Shown in pieces: positions 27,866 to 38,080 of a DNA stretch of 64,000 nucleotides. Position numbers and translations under genes: made by a program. Each line of letters starts with the position of its first letter. The stretch's first letter is position 1. The stretch is from contig JBOIDF010000001.1 of NCBI GenBank assembly GCA_050740455.1, positions 2,839-66,838 on the forward strand. Direction: 5' to 3'. Origin of the DNA: Gammaproteobacteria bacterium (GTDB lineage: Bacteria > Pseudomonadota > Gammaproteobacteria > JACCXJ01). The notes beneath the pieces were generated by a model. It had not been told where the DNA came from. It did not search any database and was given only the letters and a program-made list of their open reading frames with translations.

Positions 27866-28924
27866 ATGGTAAGTGCGCGGCATTTGCATGTGGACTACAT
27901 TACGACCGCCGTGAAAAGAAACCGGATCCCGATGCGTCACGATGATCTCAAGCTCTGGGTAACCCAGATCCTCAAGACAGGTGAGTTTCAGCTGAGCGCG
28001 GCCTCGAGCGACGCTAGCTTCCGGCACTACTGGCGGATCCGGCATCGGGATCGCTCCTATATCGTGATGGACGCGCCGCCCGAGCGGGAGACTTGCGACG
28101 CTTTCATAGACATCGCCAAACGTCTGGGAGAGGCGGGTTTGAATGCCCCCAAGGTATTGGCTGGCGATCTTGCGCGTGGGTTTTTGCTCTTAACGGATCT
28201 CGGAACCAGGCTCTACCTCGACGAACTGCAATCGGACAACGCCGGGCAGCTTTATAGCAACGCCTTGAACGCCGTCGTCGCGATGCAGGTGCGCGCCGAC
28301 GGCCGGGGACTCCCCCCTTACGATCGCGATGCTCTGATGCGGGAGATGGAGTTGTTTCGGGGATGGCTGCTAGCGAAGGAACTCGGTCTGCGCTTATCGG
28401 CCGGCCAAAACGCGTCGCTCGACGCGAGCTTTGCATTTTTGGCGGAATCGGCCTTGTCGCAACCTCGAGTCTTCGTGCATCGCGATTTCCATTCCCGAAA
28501 CCTATTGGTCAGCGTGGGCAATGATCCCGGGATCCTCGATTTCCAGGACGCGGTGATCGGTCCTGTCACTTATGACGTTGTTTCTTTACTACGGGATTGC
28601 TACATTCGCTGGCCACGGGAGGAGATCGAGGCCTGGGCCGCCGAGTATTACCGGCGGGCGCTTGAACATGGCATTTTAAGTGGCGTGAGCCTCACGGCGT
28701 TTTACCGCTGGTTCGATCTGATGGGCGTGCAGCGGCATCTCAAGGCCAGCGGAATATTCGCGCGTTTATGGCATCGCGACGCTAAGCGCGGCTACCTCAA
28801 TGATATTCCTAGAACGCTCGCGCACATTGCCGATGTGAGCGTGCGCTACCCGCAATTGGATTCGCTGCATGGCCTGCTGGTCGCAGAAGTCATACCTGCG
28901 ATTAACGAACGGTACGCGCGATGA
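27866..28924 (+). CDS. amgK: Aminoglycoside-phosphotransferase-fold kinase, likely anomeric MurNAc/GlcNAc kinase (AmgK-like)
   Basis: ..VFVHRDFHSRNLL.. kinase catalytic loop. The stop overlaps the start of the downstream nucleotidyltransferase, the amgK-murU arrangement. Confidence 0.55.
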   Translation: MVSARHLHVDYITTAVKRNRIPMRHDDLKLWVTQILKTGEFQLSAASSDASFRHYWRIRHRDRSYIVMDAPPERETCDAFIDIAKRLGEAGLNAPKVLAGDLARGFLLLTDLGTRLYLDELQSDNAGQLYSNALNAVVAMQVRADGRGLPPYDRDALMREMELFRGWLLAKELGLRLSAGQNASLDASFAFLAESALSQPRVFVHRDFHSRNLLVSVGNDPGILDFQDAVIGPVTYDVVSLLRDCYIRWPREEIEAWAAEYYRRALEHGILSGVSLTAFYRWFDLMGVQRHLKASGIFARLWHRDAKRGYLNDIPRTLAHIADVSVRYPQLDSLHGLLVAEVIPAINERYAR

Positions 28925-29589
28925 AGGCGATGATCTTGGCCGCGGGCAAGGGGGCGCGCATGCGCCCCTTGACCGATCGTCTGCCCAAGGCGCTGCTGCA
29001 AGTCGCGGGCAAAAGCCTGATCCAATATCAAGTCGAGCGCTTGGTGGGCGCGGGAATCACGGATATTACCGTCAATCACGCGCTGCACGGCGATCTCATC
29101 GAGCAGACGCTGGGTACCGGCGCCGTCTTGGGCGCCTCGCTGCGCTATTCGCGCGAGGGGACCGAGGCGCTGGAAACCGGTGGGGGTATTTTACGGGCCC
29201 TGCCGTTCCTGGGACCGGGGCCGTTTATCGTGGTCAACGCGGACATCTGGACCGACTACCCCTACGAAAAATTAGCGGGCCAACCGCAACGGCTGGCGCA
29301 TGTGGTGCTGGTGGATAATCCGCCGCATCATCCCGCGGGAGACTTCGCGCTCAGCGGGCATGGCGTGGCATTGTCCGGGGATCGGCGGCTAACCTTCGGC
29401 GGGATCGGCGCCTATCGGCCGGAGCTGTTCGACGATTGCCTGCCGGGCACGTTTCGGCTCTCCGCGGTGCTGCGCATCGCGGTATCCCATGGCTTGGTGA
29501 CCGGGGAGCGCTACGGGGGAGCCTGGGTGGACGTCGGCACGCCCGAGCGATTGTTGGCGGCAGAGAACCTCGTTCAATCGCGACGCTGA
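28921..29589 (+). CDS. murU: Sugar-1-phosphate nucleotidyltransferase, MurU-like
   Basis: MKAMILAAGKGARMRPLTDRLPKALL.. nucleotidyltransferase N-terminus; 222 aa. Confidence 0.6.
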   Translation: MKAMILAAGKGARMRPLTDRLPKALLQVAGKSLIQYQVERLVGAGITDITVNHALHGDLIEQTLGTGAVLGASLRYSREGTEALETGGGILRALPFLGPGPFIVVNADIWTDYPYEKLAGQPQRLAHVVLVDNPPHHPAGDFALSGHGVALSGDRRLTFGGIGAYRPELFDDCLPGTFRLSAVLRIAVSHGLVTGERYGGAWVDVGTPERLLAAENLVQSRR

Positions 29590-29643
29590 CCCGAAGCGAT
29601 GCAGCTTGGTATCTGCATTGCTTCCGGTTAGTTTGATGCAGTA

Positions 29644-30795
29644 GTGCGCTTTTCGGTAGTAACCATGACCTTGACTAATGACCTCGCCTTGGTGCTAAGC
29701 GGCGGCGGCGCCCGCGGCGCCTATCAGGTGGGATTCGTGCAATCATTGGCTCGCCGGCATCCGGAGCTAGAGATCCCCATCATCACCGGTGTGTCGGCCG
29801 GGGCCATCAATGCCGCCTATCTCGCCAGCCAGCCCACGGGGTTTCTCGAACGGGCGGAGACGCTCGCGGGGCTCTGGTCCGGCTTGACCACCGACCAAAT
29901 ATTTCGCGTTGACTTGTTATCGCTCGCGCGCAACGTCGCGCGTTGGAGCACCCGGTTGCTCTTAGGGCGGTCGTCAAACCGCGTGAGCGCGCGCAGCATG
30001 GTGGACACGGCGCCTCTTTGCGCCATGTTGGAACGCCTGCTCCAGCCCGCGCACCGTCATCTGCCCGGTATCGGGCACAACCTCGCCCGGGGACGCCTGA
30101 AGGCCGTAGCCATCACCGCCTCGAGCTATTCCACCGGCCAGTCCGTGACCTGGGTGCAAGGCACCGAACCGGTCCATTGGGAACGCGGTCACCGGAAACT
30201 GGTGCGCTGCAAGATCCGGCTCGATCATATTTTGGCGTCGGCGGCCCTACCCTTGCTCTTCCCCGCCGTACGCATCAACCGCCGCTGGTTCGGCGATGGC
30301 GGGATCCGCATGACTGCGCCCCTCGCGCCCGCGGTACATCTCGGCGCCGAGCGCATCCTGGCTGTCTCGACGCGCTTCGTTAACGGGGTTGATGCGATCC
30401 CCCACGTCGATTCCTATCCCCCGCCTGCTCAGGTCGTCGGCGCATTGTTCAACGCCATCTTTTTGGATGTTTTCGATCACGATGCAGCGCGGCTCCAGCA
30501 CGTCAACGATCTGATCGGCAAGATCCCGGTGCGGGAGCGCGGGGATCTCCGTCCCATCAAGCTGCTCTTGCTCCGGCCCTCGCGCGATCTCGGCAAGCTT
30601 GCAAGCGAGTACGAGGCCGCCCTCCCGCGCGCGTTTCGGTTCATGACCCGGGGACTCGGCACGCAGGAGACCCGATCCAATGACATCTTGAGCTTGCTCA
30701 TGTTTCAGCCCGACTATCTCGCGCACCTCATCGAAATTGGATATGAGGATGCCGAGGCGCGACGCGGCGAAATCGACGCCTTCCTGGAATCATAG
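29644..30795 (+). CDS. Patatin-like phospholipase family protein
   Basis: ..LSGGGARGAYQVG.. oxyanion loop and ..GVSAGAINAA.. GxSxG. Confidence 0.8.
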   Translation: MRFSVVTMTLTNDLALVLSGGGARGAYQVGFVQSLARRHPELEIPIITGVSAGAINAAYLASQPTGFLERAETLAGLWSGLTTDQIFRVDLLSLARNVARWSTRLLLGRSSNRVSARSMVDTAPLCAMLERLLQPAHRHLPGIGHNLARGRLKAVAITASSYSTGQSVTWVQGTEPVHWERGHRKLVRCKIRLDHILASAALPLLFPAVRINRRWFGDGGIRMTAPLAPAVHLGAERILAVSTRFVNGVDAIPHVDSYPPPAQVVGALFNAIFLDVFDHDAARLQHVNDLIGKIPVRERGDLRPIKLLLLRPSRDLGKLASEYEAALPRAFRFMTRGLGTQETRSNDILSLLMFQPDYLAHLIEIGYEDAEARRGEIDAFLES

Positions 30796-31017
30796 CTACT
30801 ACCAGCGGGGCGGGTAAGCCTCATGTGCCTCACCCATGGTAGAGCAGATTTACGGCCAGACCCCCGCGGGTATAGAGCGCGTCGCGGTCTCATAGGTCCC
30901 GATGGCGCCGAGCATCACATGCAGCGCTGAGCAGAGATCACCCCTTGCGTCAATGCATGAGGTCTCGGAAGACCTATGCCTGTACCCGCCGTTCGTCACT
31001 CGATCGTCCGCGTCGAG

Positions 31018-31482
31018 CTAGAACGTAACGGTAACGGTGATATTGTCGGAGTAGCTGCCGACGGCGATGTTTTGCAGCGCGGGCACACGCCCGTATAGGG
31101 TATGGTTGACGGTCACCCCAAACAGCACCAGCGTGATGTTATTGCTTACGAACGACGTCCCGGCGCTGCCGTCCCCCCACACGTTGAGGCGGGTGGCAGC
31201 GGTGTACAAGTTGTAATTGAGCCGATTCGCCCCGCTCGCCATCTGTCTCGGCGCATAACTGCCGCTCAGGCCGGTGCTGAGCTTGATGTTGTAGTTGACC
31301 AAAAGCCCCAGTAGGCCGGTGCACTGGACCGTGATCGTCCCCGTCGCATCGCGGGGGCTGGCGTTGAAGACATTGTACGAACCGAAAGAAACAGGCGTTG
31401 CACTTACAGTACAGGCGGCCCTCGCTGCCGTGGAAAATACAATAAGAGCTAGACCGAGGAGTACCACGCAAAACCGTTTCAT
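31018..31482 (-). CDS. SCPU-domain (Csu-type) pilin subunit, second copy
   Basis: Signal peptide MKRFCVVLLGLALIV.. and the SCPU C-terminus ..YSDNITVTVTF. It is the last gene of the chaperone-usher operon. Confidence 0.7.
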   Translation of the reverse strand: MKRFCVVLLGLALIVFSTAARAACTVSATPVSFGSYNVFNASPRDATGTITVQCTGLLGLLVNYNIKLSTGLSGSYAPRQMASGANRLNYNLYTAATRLNVWGDGSAGTSFVSNNITLVLFGVTVNHTLYGRVPALQNIAVGSYSDNITVTVTF

Positions 31483-33821
31483 GGGACCACCCCGCGGCAT
31501 TCAAACGGACCGAGCCGCGGCAGAGGACCGGCGGCCTTCGGCAGCCGCACTTCGAAACGGCACCGCTGGCCGCGCCAGCGTGCTTCCAGCCGATTGAACC
31601 TCGCTAATTCGGTAACGTAAACCTCGCCGCGAAACGCGACCGGGAATTGCTCTTTTCCTCCAACCACGCGCACGATTGCGCCCGCCGGCAACGGGGAGCG
31701 GTCGCTCAGTACGATCGTCAGCAGCGCCGCGTTTGCTGGGCGAACGCCGAAATCGGCGAGCACGCCGCTCCGAAACGCCGGGGTGACGTCCATCCGCAGG
31801 GCGGCGAAACGCGCATCCAACGGCAAATCCGCTTGCTCGATGCCGATATTGTTTTTCTCGTATGCGCGAACCCTGGGAACCAGCGCGGTGCCTCTCGAAT
31901 TGGTACGCGCCACCGGCTGATTTTCGGCATAGATCCCCACGTTCGGGTAGTTGCCTACGCGAACCACTGCGAAGCTCTCGCTGATGCGGCGCGCGAGAAA
32001 CGCTTCGTTGCCCAGGGCGGCGAGCCCGCCCGATGCGCTTAGACGGTAGGCATCGGCGTCGCCGAATTGCGAAGTTTCGGCGCCAAACGTCCCGATGTCG
32101 TTCTGATAGAAAACCCCCGCTTCGGCGCGCGAATCGGTTCCTTCGAGGCCCAGGAGGCGATAGCCGAGCCCAGTCCCCTCGGGAAGGTTGCGCTGGATCT
32201 GGAAAGCACTCTGGTGATCGGCGTTCTGCTGGGTCCAATTGACGCTCGCGTTGGAGCGCTCGCCAAAGGCAAGGGTCAAGGTGATTCCTAAGCTGGTATC
32301 GCGCACGCCGGTTAAGCTCTGCAACGCGAATACCGAGAGGTGGTAATCGCGAAATATGTTACGATCGTATCCAACGCTGACGAATTCCACCCTTGGCTGT
32401 GACCGGTTGTCCTGCAGCAGGTAGCTCAGCGAAAAGGTGTCGCTTCCATCGGGAGAGACCGATACCCGCGCTAGGGTCGTCTGGCGGAGCTCGCCTTGAA
32501 CGCGCCCGAGCTGCGCAAAGTGCGGCGTGGTCCACTGCGATTGCACGCCGTAGCTTACGCGGCGCGCCTGGCGATCGAGGCCGAGCGCAAACAGCCCGCC
32601 TCCGCCTGCGTCGCTGCTGCTTGCCACCAGCGCAGCGTTCGCTACGCCGATTATGGGCCAAAGGTAGCTGGCGGAAAAGCCCAGCGCTTGCTGATCCTTC
32701 AGCACTTCGGCGCGCGCCTCTGCGGTGAGGCGATCGGTGACGCCCGCCCGGTACGTGGCGGCGCCAAATCCTCGCCCGTAATCGTTACTTTCGATGCCGA
32801 AGTTCTCGCGCTCGAATCCCAGATCAAAGGTGTAGTCGGTAAGCCCGGCTCGCAGCAGCGCCTGGCTTACGTAGTACGGAACGACCAGCACCCGTTGCCT
32901 TCCAAGCAGATCACGCACCACCAGTTGGACATCTCCGGCCCCGGTGGTCAGGGGCACGTTGGGGATCTCGAACGGGCCGGGAGGTACGCTTTGCTGTAGC
33001 CTCAAAGCGCTGTTGGCGAACAGCTCAACGGTGGAAGGGATCCTTGCTTCTCCGCTGAGGGTAGGCAGCGGAAATGTAATAAACTCAGGCTGGGTGGCAA
33101 AATTGGTTCCCCATTGTATCCCCCCGAAGCGCACCGAACCGCCCCACGCGCCAGGGCGCCCGATGGCATCTCCAAGCCGCAGGGTGCTGAGTCGTTCCGG
33201 ATCATCGGCGGTCCAGGTGGTCTCCAAGCGGGTGAACGAGTTCTGATCGCCGATATCGCGGGCAAGCGTCGTCGCGGTGCCCACCCCGAGGCGGTGGAAT
33301 AGCCCGAGCTCTATCAGGCCCGTCCAAGTTGCTGTGCGCCTCTGGTGCTGGAATTGAAGGTCGTAGTTGAGGAATCCGCCCAAGTCGATTTCCCCGGGCA
33401 GTGCAAATCTTTGCGACGGGACTCCCAGCACCGTCGCGGCAAAAATGTCGGGGGAGCCTTCGATATTAAGTTCCTGCGTGCGTTCGTCGAGTTGGTAGCT
33501 CAACCCCGGCACCGCATCGAGAGCGAAATACTCGATACCGCGAAAAAATGCAGCAGGGACAGCGGGCGGAGCGATGCGCCAATCCTGGAAGTCTGTTGCG
33601 GTCGCAAGCAGACGGCCGTCCGCCGAAATCAGTAAGCGTTTTGGCGCGCCCGTTTCTGCGCCGTTGATGCGAACTGAGAGCCAAGCCTGGGAATAACCCT
33701 GGGTCTCCTGCGCCGATACCTTGCGCAGCTTGAAACCTGGCGCGTCACGGGTTGGGGCCGAGACTGCGGTTGACTGCACGCCGGAGAGCGAAAGCGCGAT
33801 CCCGCCAAGCAGCACACCCAC
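31479..33821 (-). CDS. Fimbrial outer-membrane usher protein
   Basis: 780 aa. PapC/CsuD-like length and position between the chaperone and pilin genes. Confidence 0.75.
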   Translation of the reverse strand: MGVLLGGIALSLSGVQSTAVSAPTRDAPGFKLRKVSAQETQGYSQAWLSVRINGAETGAPKRLLISADGRLLATATDFQDWRIAPPAVPAAFFRGIEYFALDAVPGLSYQLDERTQELNIEGSPDIFAATVLGVPSQRFALPGEIDLGGFLNYDLQFQHQRRTATWTGLIELGLFHRLGVGTATTLARDIGDQNSFTRLETTWTADDPERLSTLRLGDAIGRPGAWGGSVRFGGIQWGTNFATQPEFITFPLPTLSGEARIPSTVELFANSALRLQQSVPPGPFEIPNVPLTTGAGDVQLVVRDLLGRQRVLVVPYYVSQALLRAGLTDYTFDLGFERENFGIESNDYGRGFGAATYRAGVTDRLTAEARAEVLKDQQALGFSASYLWPIIGVANAALVASSSDAGGGGLFALGLDRQARRVSYGVQSQWTTPHFAQLGRVQGELRQTTLARVSVSPDGSDTFSLSYLLQDNRSQPRVEFVSVGYDRNIFRDYHLSVFALQSLTGVRDTSLGITLTLAFGERSNASVNWTQQNADHQSAFQIQRNLPEGTGLGYRLLGLEGTDSRAEAGVFYQNDIGTFGAETSQFGDADAYRLSASGGLAALGNEAFLARRISESFAVVRVGNYPNVGIYAENQPVARTNSRGTALVPRVRAYEKNNIGIEQADLPLDARFAALRMDVTPAFRSGVLADFGVRPANAALLTIVLSDRSPLPAGAIVRVVGGKEQFPVAFRGEVYVTELARFNRLEARWRGQRCRFEVRLPKAAGPLPRLGPFECRGVVP

Positions 33822-33873
33822 CCGAAGCGCCTTACTGAGTTCCAGGGCGAGATCCTCTTACAGCGGACCGCCC

Positions 33874-34596
33874 TCACTGAGGTTCGAGGGCGAGATCCGC
33901 TTCGAGCGGACCGCCATCCGTTTCTGCCGACAAATGGATAGTGTGGCCTGGCAAGCCATCTGGTAACCGCACCACCCATTCCCGCGCTTGCCCCGCGAGA
34001 ATGTAGCCCGGAGCTTTGATCTCCGCAAGCGCTGACGCACCGGCGGTTGGCTTGAGGGCGAGGACGATGATCTGGGTATGCGCGTTGCCGGTGTTGCTCA
34101 CGCGGAGTTTGACCTCGTCTTGCCCGCTGCGCAACACACGCCAGTTAAGCTGCGGGCGAGCTGCGATAGCCGGCGCAACAAATATCGGAAGACCCACTCG
34201 CAACGCCACCCGCAGCCCCTGGTAGCCGGGCTGCGGGGGTGGGGGAACCTCCTCGAAGAATAGCCGGTAGGTTTGCTCGCGCCTGGCATCGACCGGTTGC
34301 GTCAATCCCACGCGAATTACTTGTGAGGCCGCGACCGGAAGGGTGAAAATCGGCGGGGTGGCGAGCACCTCGTCACTGCCGGCGTAGACATCCTGATCGC
34401 CGTCCATGGCCCACTTGAGCAACTGGAGCTGCACGACGACGACGGCATCCCCGTTATTCTTGACGGTGATGACCTCCGTCGGAGTCTGCTCGCTTAGATT
34501 GGCGCGCAGCGGAGTGAATTCAAAGCTGCCGGCGTAGACAAACTGAGCGCCCCACAGGCATCCGATAAGCAAGCCGGCAGTGAAGGGCGCGCGCAA
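33874..34596 (-). CDS. Periplasmic pilus chaperone (PapD/CsuC-like)
   Basis: 240 aa with a signal peptide and a PapD-like N-domain (..TPLRANLSEQTPTEVITVKNNGD..). Confidence 0.7.
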   Translation of the reverse strand: MRAPFTAGLLIGCLWGAQFVYAGSFEFTPLRANLSEQTPTEVITVKNNGDAVVVVQLQLLKWAMDGDQDVYAGSDEVLATPPIFTLPVAASQVIRVGLTQPVDARREQTYRLFFEEVPPPPQPGYQGLRVALRVGLPIFVAPAIAARPQLNWRVLRSGQDEVKLRVSNTGNAHTQIIVLALKPTAGASALAEIKAPGYILAGQAREWVVRLPDGLPGHTIHLSAETDGGPLEADLALEPQ

Positions 34597-34602
34597 GAGC
34601 TA

Positions 34603-35091
34603 TCAAAAGGTCACGGTGGCGGTGATAAGATCAGTATAGCCTCCCACCGGAACGTTCTGCAACGCCGGGATCCGGCCAAATACGGCAGTGCCCACCGCCA
34701 GACCGGTACCCACCAGCGCGACCGTATCGGTACCGATCGTATTCCCCCACACCACTGCGCGCGCGGCATCCTGGAAGAGCGAATATGTCAGCAAATTGGC
34801 GCCGCTGGTCATCTTACGCGCCGCCACGGTGGCGCCGGTACCGGTGCCCGCATCCAGCCCGATGTTGTATGGGGCGGCCAGCGTGCAGGTCGTGGTCACC
34901 GTCGAGCTTGCATCGGTGGGTAGCGCTGCGGTCGGAACATACGCACCGAAGGCCAGGTTGGTCGCGCTGATGGTGCACGCGGCTGCCACGGTTGCGGTCA
35001 CCGTGAACGTGGTGGTTGCAGTAGCCGCCAGCACCGGCGCGCAACCGAGGGCTAATAGTGCAGCAAGTCCAGCGCGTAGAATTTTCCTCAT
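34603..35091 (-). CDS. SCPU-domain (Csu-type) major pilin subunit
   Basis: Signal peptide MRKILRAGLAALLALGCAPVLA, a Thr/Ala-rich body, and C-terminal ..YTDLITATVTF. Confidence 0.7.
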   Translation of the reverse strand: MRKILRAGLAALLALGCAPVLAATATTTFTVTATVAAACTISATNLAFGAYVPTAALPTDASSTVTTTCTLAAPYNIGLDAGTGTGATVAARKMTSGANLLTYSLFQDAARAVVWGNTIGTDTVALVGTGLAVGTAVFGRIPALQNVPVGGYTDLITATVTF

Positions 35092-35558
35092 GAACGTAGC
35101 TCCTTTGTGTTGTCGTCAGAAATGGTTGCTGTGGGGAGCTGCGCGTCGGCTCAGCTTGTCCCGCATCGGTTGGAACAATTGTCATGCCAACTGTGACTAG
35201 TCATTCTGCTTTACACATCCGTGCTAAAGGAATCGAAGGGTGAAACTGGGTTGGGCGGCGATGAAGCGAGGTCGCCCTTTATGAGGGCGATACGCATCCT
35301 TGTTTTCTATCATGGTGTGTCGACCCTAAGAGGATCCGCACCAGTCACCCCGATTGCAATGGAGTTCTTTCACAGGCTCTCAGGTCCTCGCGCGGTGTTA
35401 TGTTCTTCGCTGCAGGCGGATACAATCGCCGTAAGCGCTGCTTCGAGCACCTGCGTGGTAGATTTATTGACAACCATTGAGCAGAGGCCTGTCAGGAACG
35501 CCTTGCCCACGCGCCTTTCCCGGGGGCCGCGCCGTGCTTTCGAGTATAATGCCCGCCC

Positions 35559-36806
35559 ATGTTCAAGCCACTCGGTCTCTACATCGGCCTGCGCTACACG
35601 CGCGCCAAGCGCCGCAACCACTTCATTTCGTTCATATCGATCATTTCCATGCTGGGGGTCGCGGTCGGCGTGACGGCGCTCATCACCGTGATCTCGGTGA
35701 TGAACGGCTTCGAGAAGGAATTGCGGGGGCGTATCCTCGGGGTTACCGCGCATGCGACCATCGTCGAGCGCGGCCGGCCGTTGCGCGATTGGCGGGCCGT
35801 GAGCGCGGTGATCGATCGCGATCCCCGGGTACGCGGGTCCGCACCTTTCATACGCGCCGAGGGCATGGCGACGCGCGCGGGCATCGTCCAGGGGGTGATC
35901 GTCGAAGGCGTGTTGCCGGACCAGGAACCCAAAGTTTCGGTGGTGGGGGAGCGCATGCGCACGGGCCGTTTGACGGACCTCAAACCGGGCGGATATAACA
36001 TCTTGCTCGGCGCCGCCTTGGCGCGAGCCCTGCGCGCCGAGGTCGGGGATAAGATCACCCTGGTCGTACCGCAAGCGATGGCGACGCCCGCGGGCATCCT
36101 ACCGCGCCTCAAGCGCTTTACCTTGGCGGGGGTGTTCGAGATCGGCATGCACGACTACGACGCCGCCTTGGCCGTGGTCCATCTCGAGGATGCAGCGCGC
36201 TTGTTCCGGATCCAGGGGGGCGTGAGCGGGATCCGCATCAAGGTCGATGATATGTTTGCCGCGCCGCGCATCAGCCGCGAGCTCATCCGCGGCCTCTCCG
36301 AACAGTATGCGGCCGTGGACTGGACCCAGCAACACGTCAATTTCTTCCAAGCGCTGAAGACCGAGAAGATCGTGATGTACGTGATCCTGATGCTGATCGT
36401 GGCAGTTGCGGCCTTCAATATTATCTCGACGCTGGTCATGGTAGTCACCGACAAGGCCGCCGATGTCGCCATCCTGCGCACCCTCGGCCTGACACCGGGG
36501 GGCATCATGTCGATCTTCATCGTGCAAGGGACGGTGATCGGCTTTGTCGGGACCTTGCTCGGGCTGCTGGGCGGGGTGCAGTTGGCGACGCACGTCGATA
36601 CCTTGGTCCCGGCGATCGAGCAGTTCTTTCAGACGCAGTTTCTACCCCCCGATATTTACTACATCAGCGAGCTGCCCTCCGACATGCGCTGGCCGGATGT
36701 CATCCGCATCGCCGTGATCGCCTTCACCCTCTGTCTCTTGAGCACCTTGTACCCCGCCTGGCGCGCCTCCCGGACCCAACCCGCGGAGGTCTTGCGTTAT
36801 GAATAA
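35559..36806 (+). CDS. Lipoprotein-releasing ABC permease LolC/E family
   Basis: 415 aa with MacB-like periplasmic domain and FtsX C-terminal TM domain; the next gene is lolD. Confidence 0.85.
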   Translation: MFKPLGLYIGLRYTRAKRRNHFISFISIISMLGVAVGVTALITVISVMNGFEKELRGRILGVTAHATIVERGRPLRDWRAVSAVIDRDPRVRGSAPFIRAEGMATRAGIVQGVIVEGVLPDQEPKVSVVGERMRTGRLTDLKPGGYNILLGAALARALRAEVGDKITLVVPQAMATPAGILPRLKRFTLAGVFEIGMHDYDAALAVVHLEDAARLFRIQGGVSGIRIKVDDMFAAPRISRELIRGLSEQYAAVDWTQQHVNFFQALKTEKIVMYVILMLIVAVAAFNIISTLVMVVTDKAADVAILRTLGLTPGGIMSIFIVQGTVIGFVGTLLGLLGGVQLATHVDTLVPAIEQFFQTQFLPPDIYYISELPSDMRWPDVIRIAVIAFTLCLLSTLYPAWRASRTQPAEVLRYE

Positions 36807-37485
36807 TGGGGTGGTGCTTTCGTGCCGCGAGCTGCAGAAATCGTTTTGCGAGGGCGGGCTCGAGGTCCATGTGCTCAAAGGTATCAATCTCGCGGTCGCG
36901 GCCGGTGAATTGATCGCGATCGTCGGCGCCTCCGGTTCCGGTAAGAGCACCTTGCTGCACCTGCTCGGGGGATTGGATGTTCCCACGGCCGGCACGGTCG
37001 AGGTTTCGGGTGCGCCGATGAGCGCCTTGAGCGAGGCCGAACGGGGCTTGTTGCGTAACCGCACGCTGGGGTTCGTGTACCAGTTTCATCACTTGCTGCC
37101 CGAGTTCACCGCCCTCGAGAATGTCTCCATGCCGGTATTAATCGCCGGGGCGAGGCCGCGCGATGCCAAGGCACGGGCGGCTGAAATACTTGAGGCCGTG
37201 GGTCTAGGCCAGCGTTTGCAGCACAAACCGGGAGAGCTGTCGGGCGGGGAGCGTCAGCGGGCGGCGGTGGCGCGCGCGCTGGTGACGCGCCCCAAGTGTG
37301 TTTTAGCCGATGAGCCGACCGGGAATCTCGACGAACATACGGCGCAGCAGGTGTTCGAGGTCATGCTTGAGCTTAACCAGGCCTTTGGGGCGACCTTGGT
37401 GATCGTGACCCACGATATGCGCTTGGCCGAGCGCATGCACCGCGTGCTGCGCCTGACCGAGGGGCGCTTGGAAAACTCTCAATAG
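36799..37485 (+). CDS. lolD: Lipoprotein-releasing system ATP-binding protein
   Basis: ..[16 protein letters not shown].., ..[15 protein letters not shown].. ABC ATPase motifs. Confidence 0.85.
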   Translation: MNNGVVLSCRELQKSFCEGGLEVHVLKGINLAVAAGELIAIVGASGSGKSTLLHLLGGLDVPTAGTVEVSGAPMSALSEAERGLLRNRTLGFVYQFHHLLPEFTALENVSMPVLIAGARPRDAKARAAEILEAVGLGQRLQHKPGELSGGERQRAAVARALVTRPKCVLADEPTGNLDEHTAQQVFEVMLELNQAFGATLVIVTHDMRLAERMHRVLRLTEGRLENSQ

Positions 37486-38024
37486 CCGGCTTCGCGGCGT
37501 TGGTTGTGGCGCGCTTTCAGGCGCCGGAGGAGGTGCAGCCGCCACAGGCACTGAACGCTAAAATAGCCGACCACAGCGCTGGCGGCCCCGAGAAGTAGAC
37601 ACCCGAGCAAGAACGGCGCCCAACTTTGGACGAGCGTGCTTGTGACCCAGTCGATGGTCGGGTCGAAATCCGCGTTGAGGGCCGGTAGGCCCAGCAACCA
37701 GGCGCCTATCTTATAGGCAATCACGCTGAAAGGAACGACAGTGACAGGATTCGTTGCCCAGGAAGACAGGACCAGGACCGGGAGGTTCACCCGCAACGCG
37801 ACGGCGGAGACGGCCGCGAGCGGGGTGTGCACGGGTAGCGGGATGAAGGCGATGAAAAGACCGGTGGCGACGGCCCAGGACGCGGAGCGGCGATTAATAT
37901 GCCATAAGCTCGGATCATGCAAGCGATGGCCGAGAAAGCTGACGAAACGGTTACCGAAGAGCTTATGCTTGGCGGGCTGGTAACGCTGAAAGAATTCCTT
38001 GGGATGCACGCTGCTGATCTCCAT
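37479..38024 (-). CDS. DUF2062-family membrane protein
   Basis: Start taken at [19 protein letters not shown].. (the listed ORF extends to 38222). It lies beside comEC and lolD, a common DUF2062 context. Confidence 0.5.
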   Translation of the reverse strand: MEISSVHPKEFFQRYQPAKHKLFGNRFVSFLGHRLHDPSLWHINRRSASWAVATGLFIAFIPLPVHTPLAAVSAVALRVNLPVLVLSSWATNPVTVVPFSVIAYKIGAWLLGLPALNADFDPTIDWVTSTLVQSWAPFLLGCLLLGAASAVVGYFSVQCLWRLHLLRRLKARHNQRREAGY

Positions 38025-38080
38025 TGGGAGGCCGTTCGTTCCCGGCGCGCCGGCTGCGACGCTAGCGCTATACTGATGGT

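Noticed and set aside
30826-30910. tRNA-like D-arm string TGGTAGAGCAG in the patatin/pilus intergenic region
   Set aside because: No acceptor stem, anticodon arm or GTTCGAATCC T-loop can be built around it. There is no tRNA in this window.
31501-32238. 245-aa Arg-rich ORF inside the usher gene
   Set aside because: It is an alternative frame of the fimbrial usher coding region. The composition (RRRR-rich) is typical of out-of-frame GC-rich translation.
35221-35673. 150-aa ORF in the pilus/lolC divergent region
   Set aside because: It runs into the start of lolC in another frame and has no RBS. The region is more plausibly regulatory.
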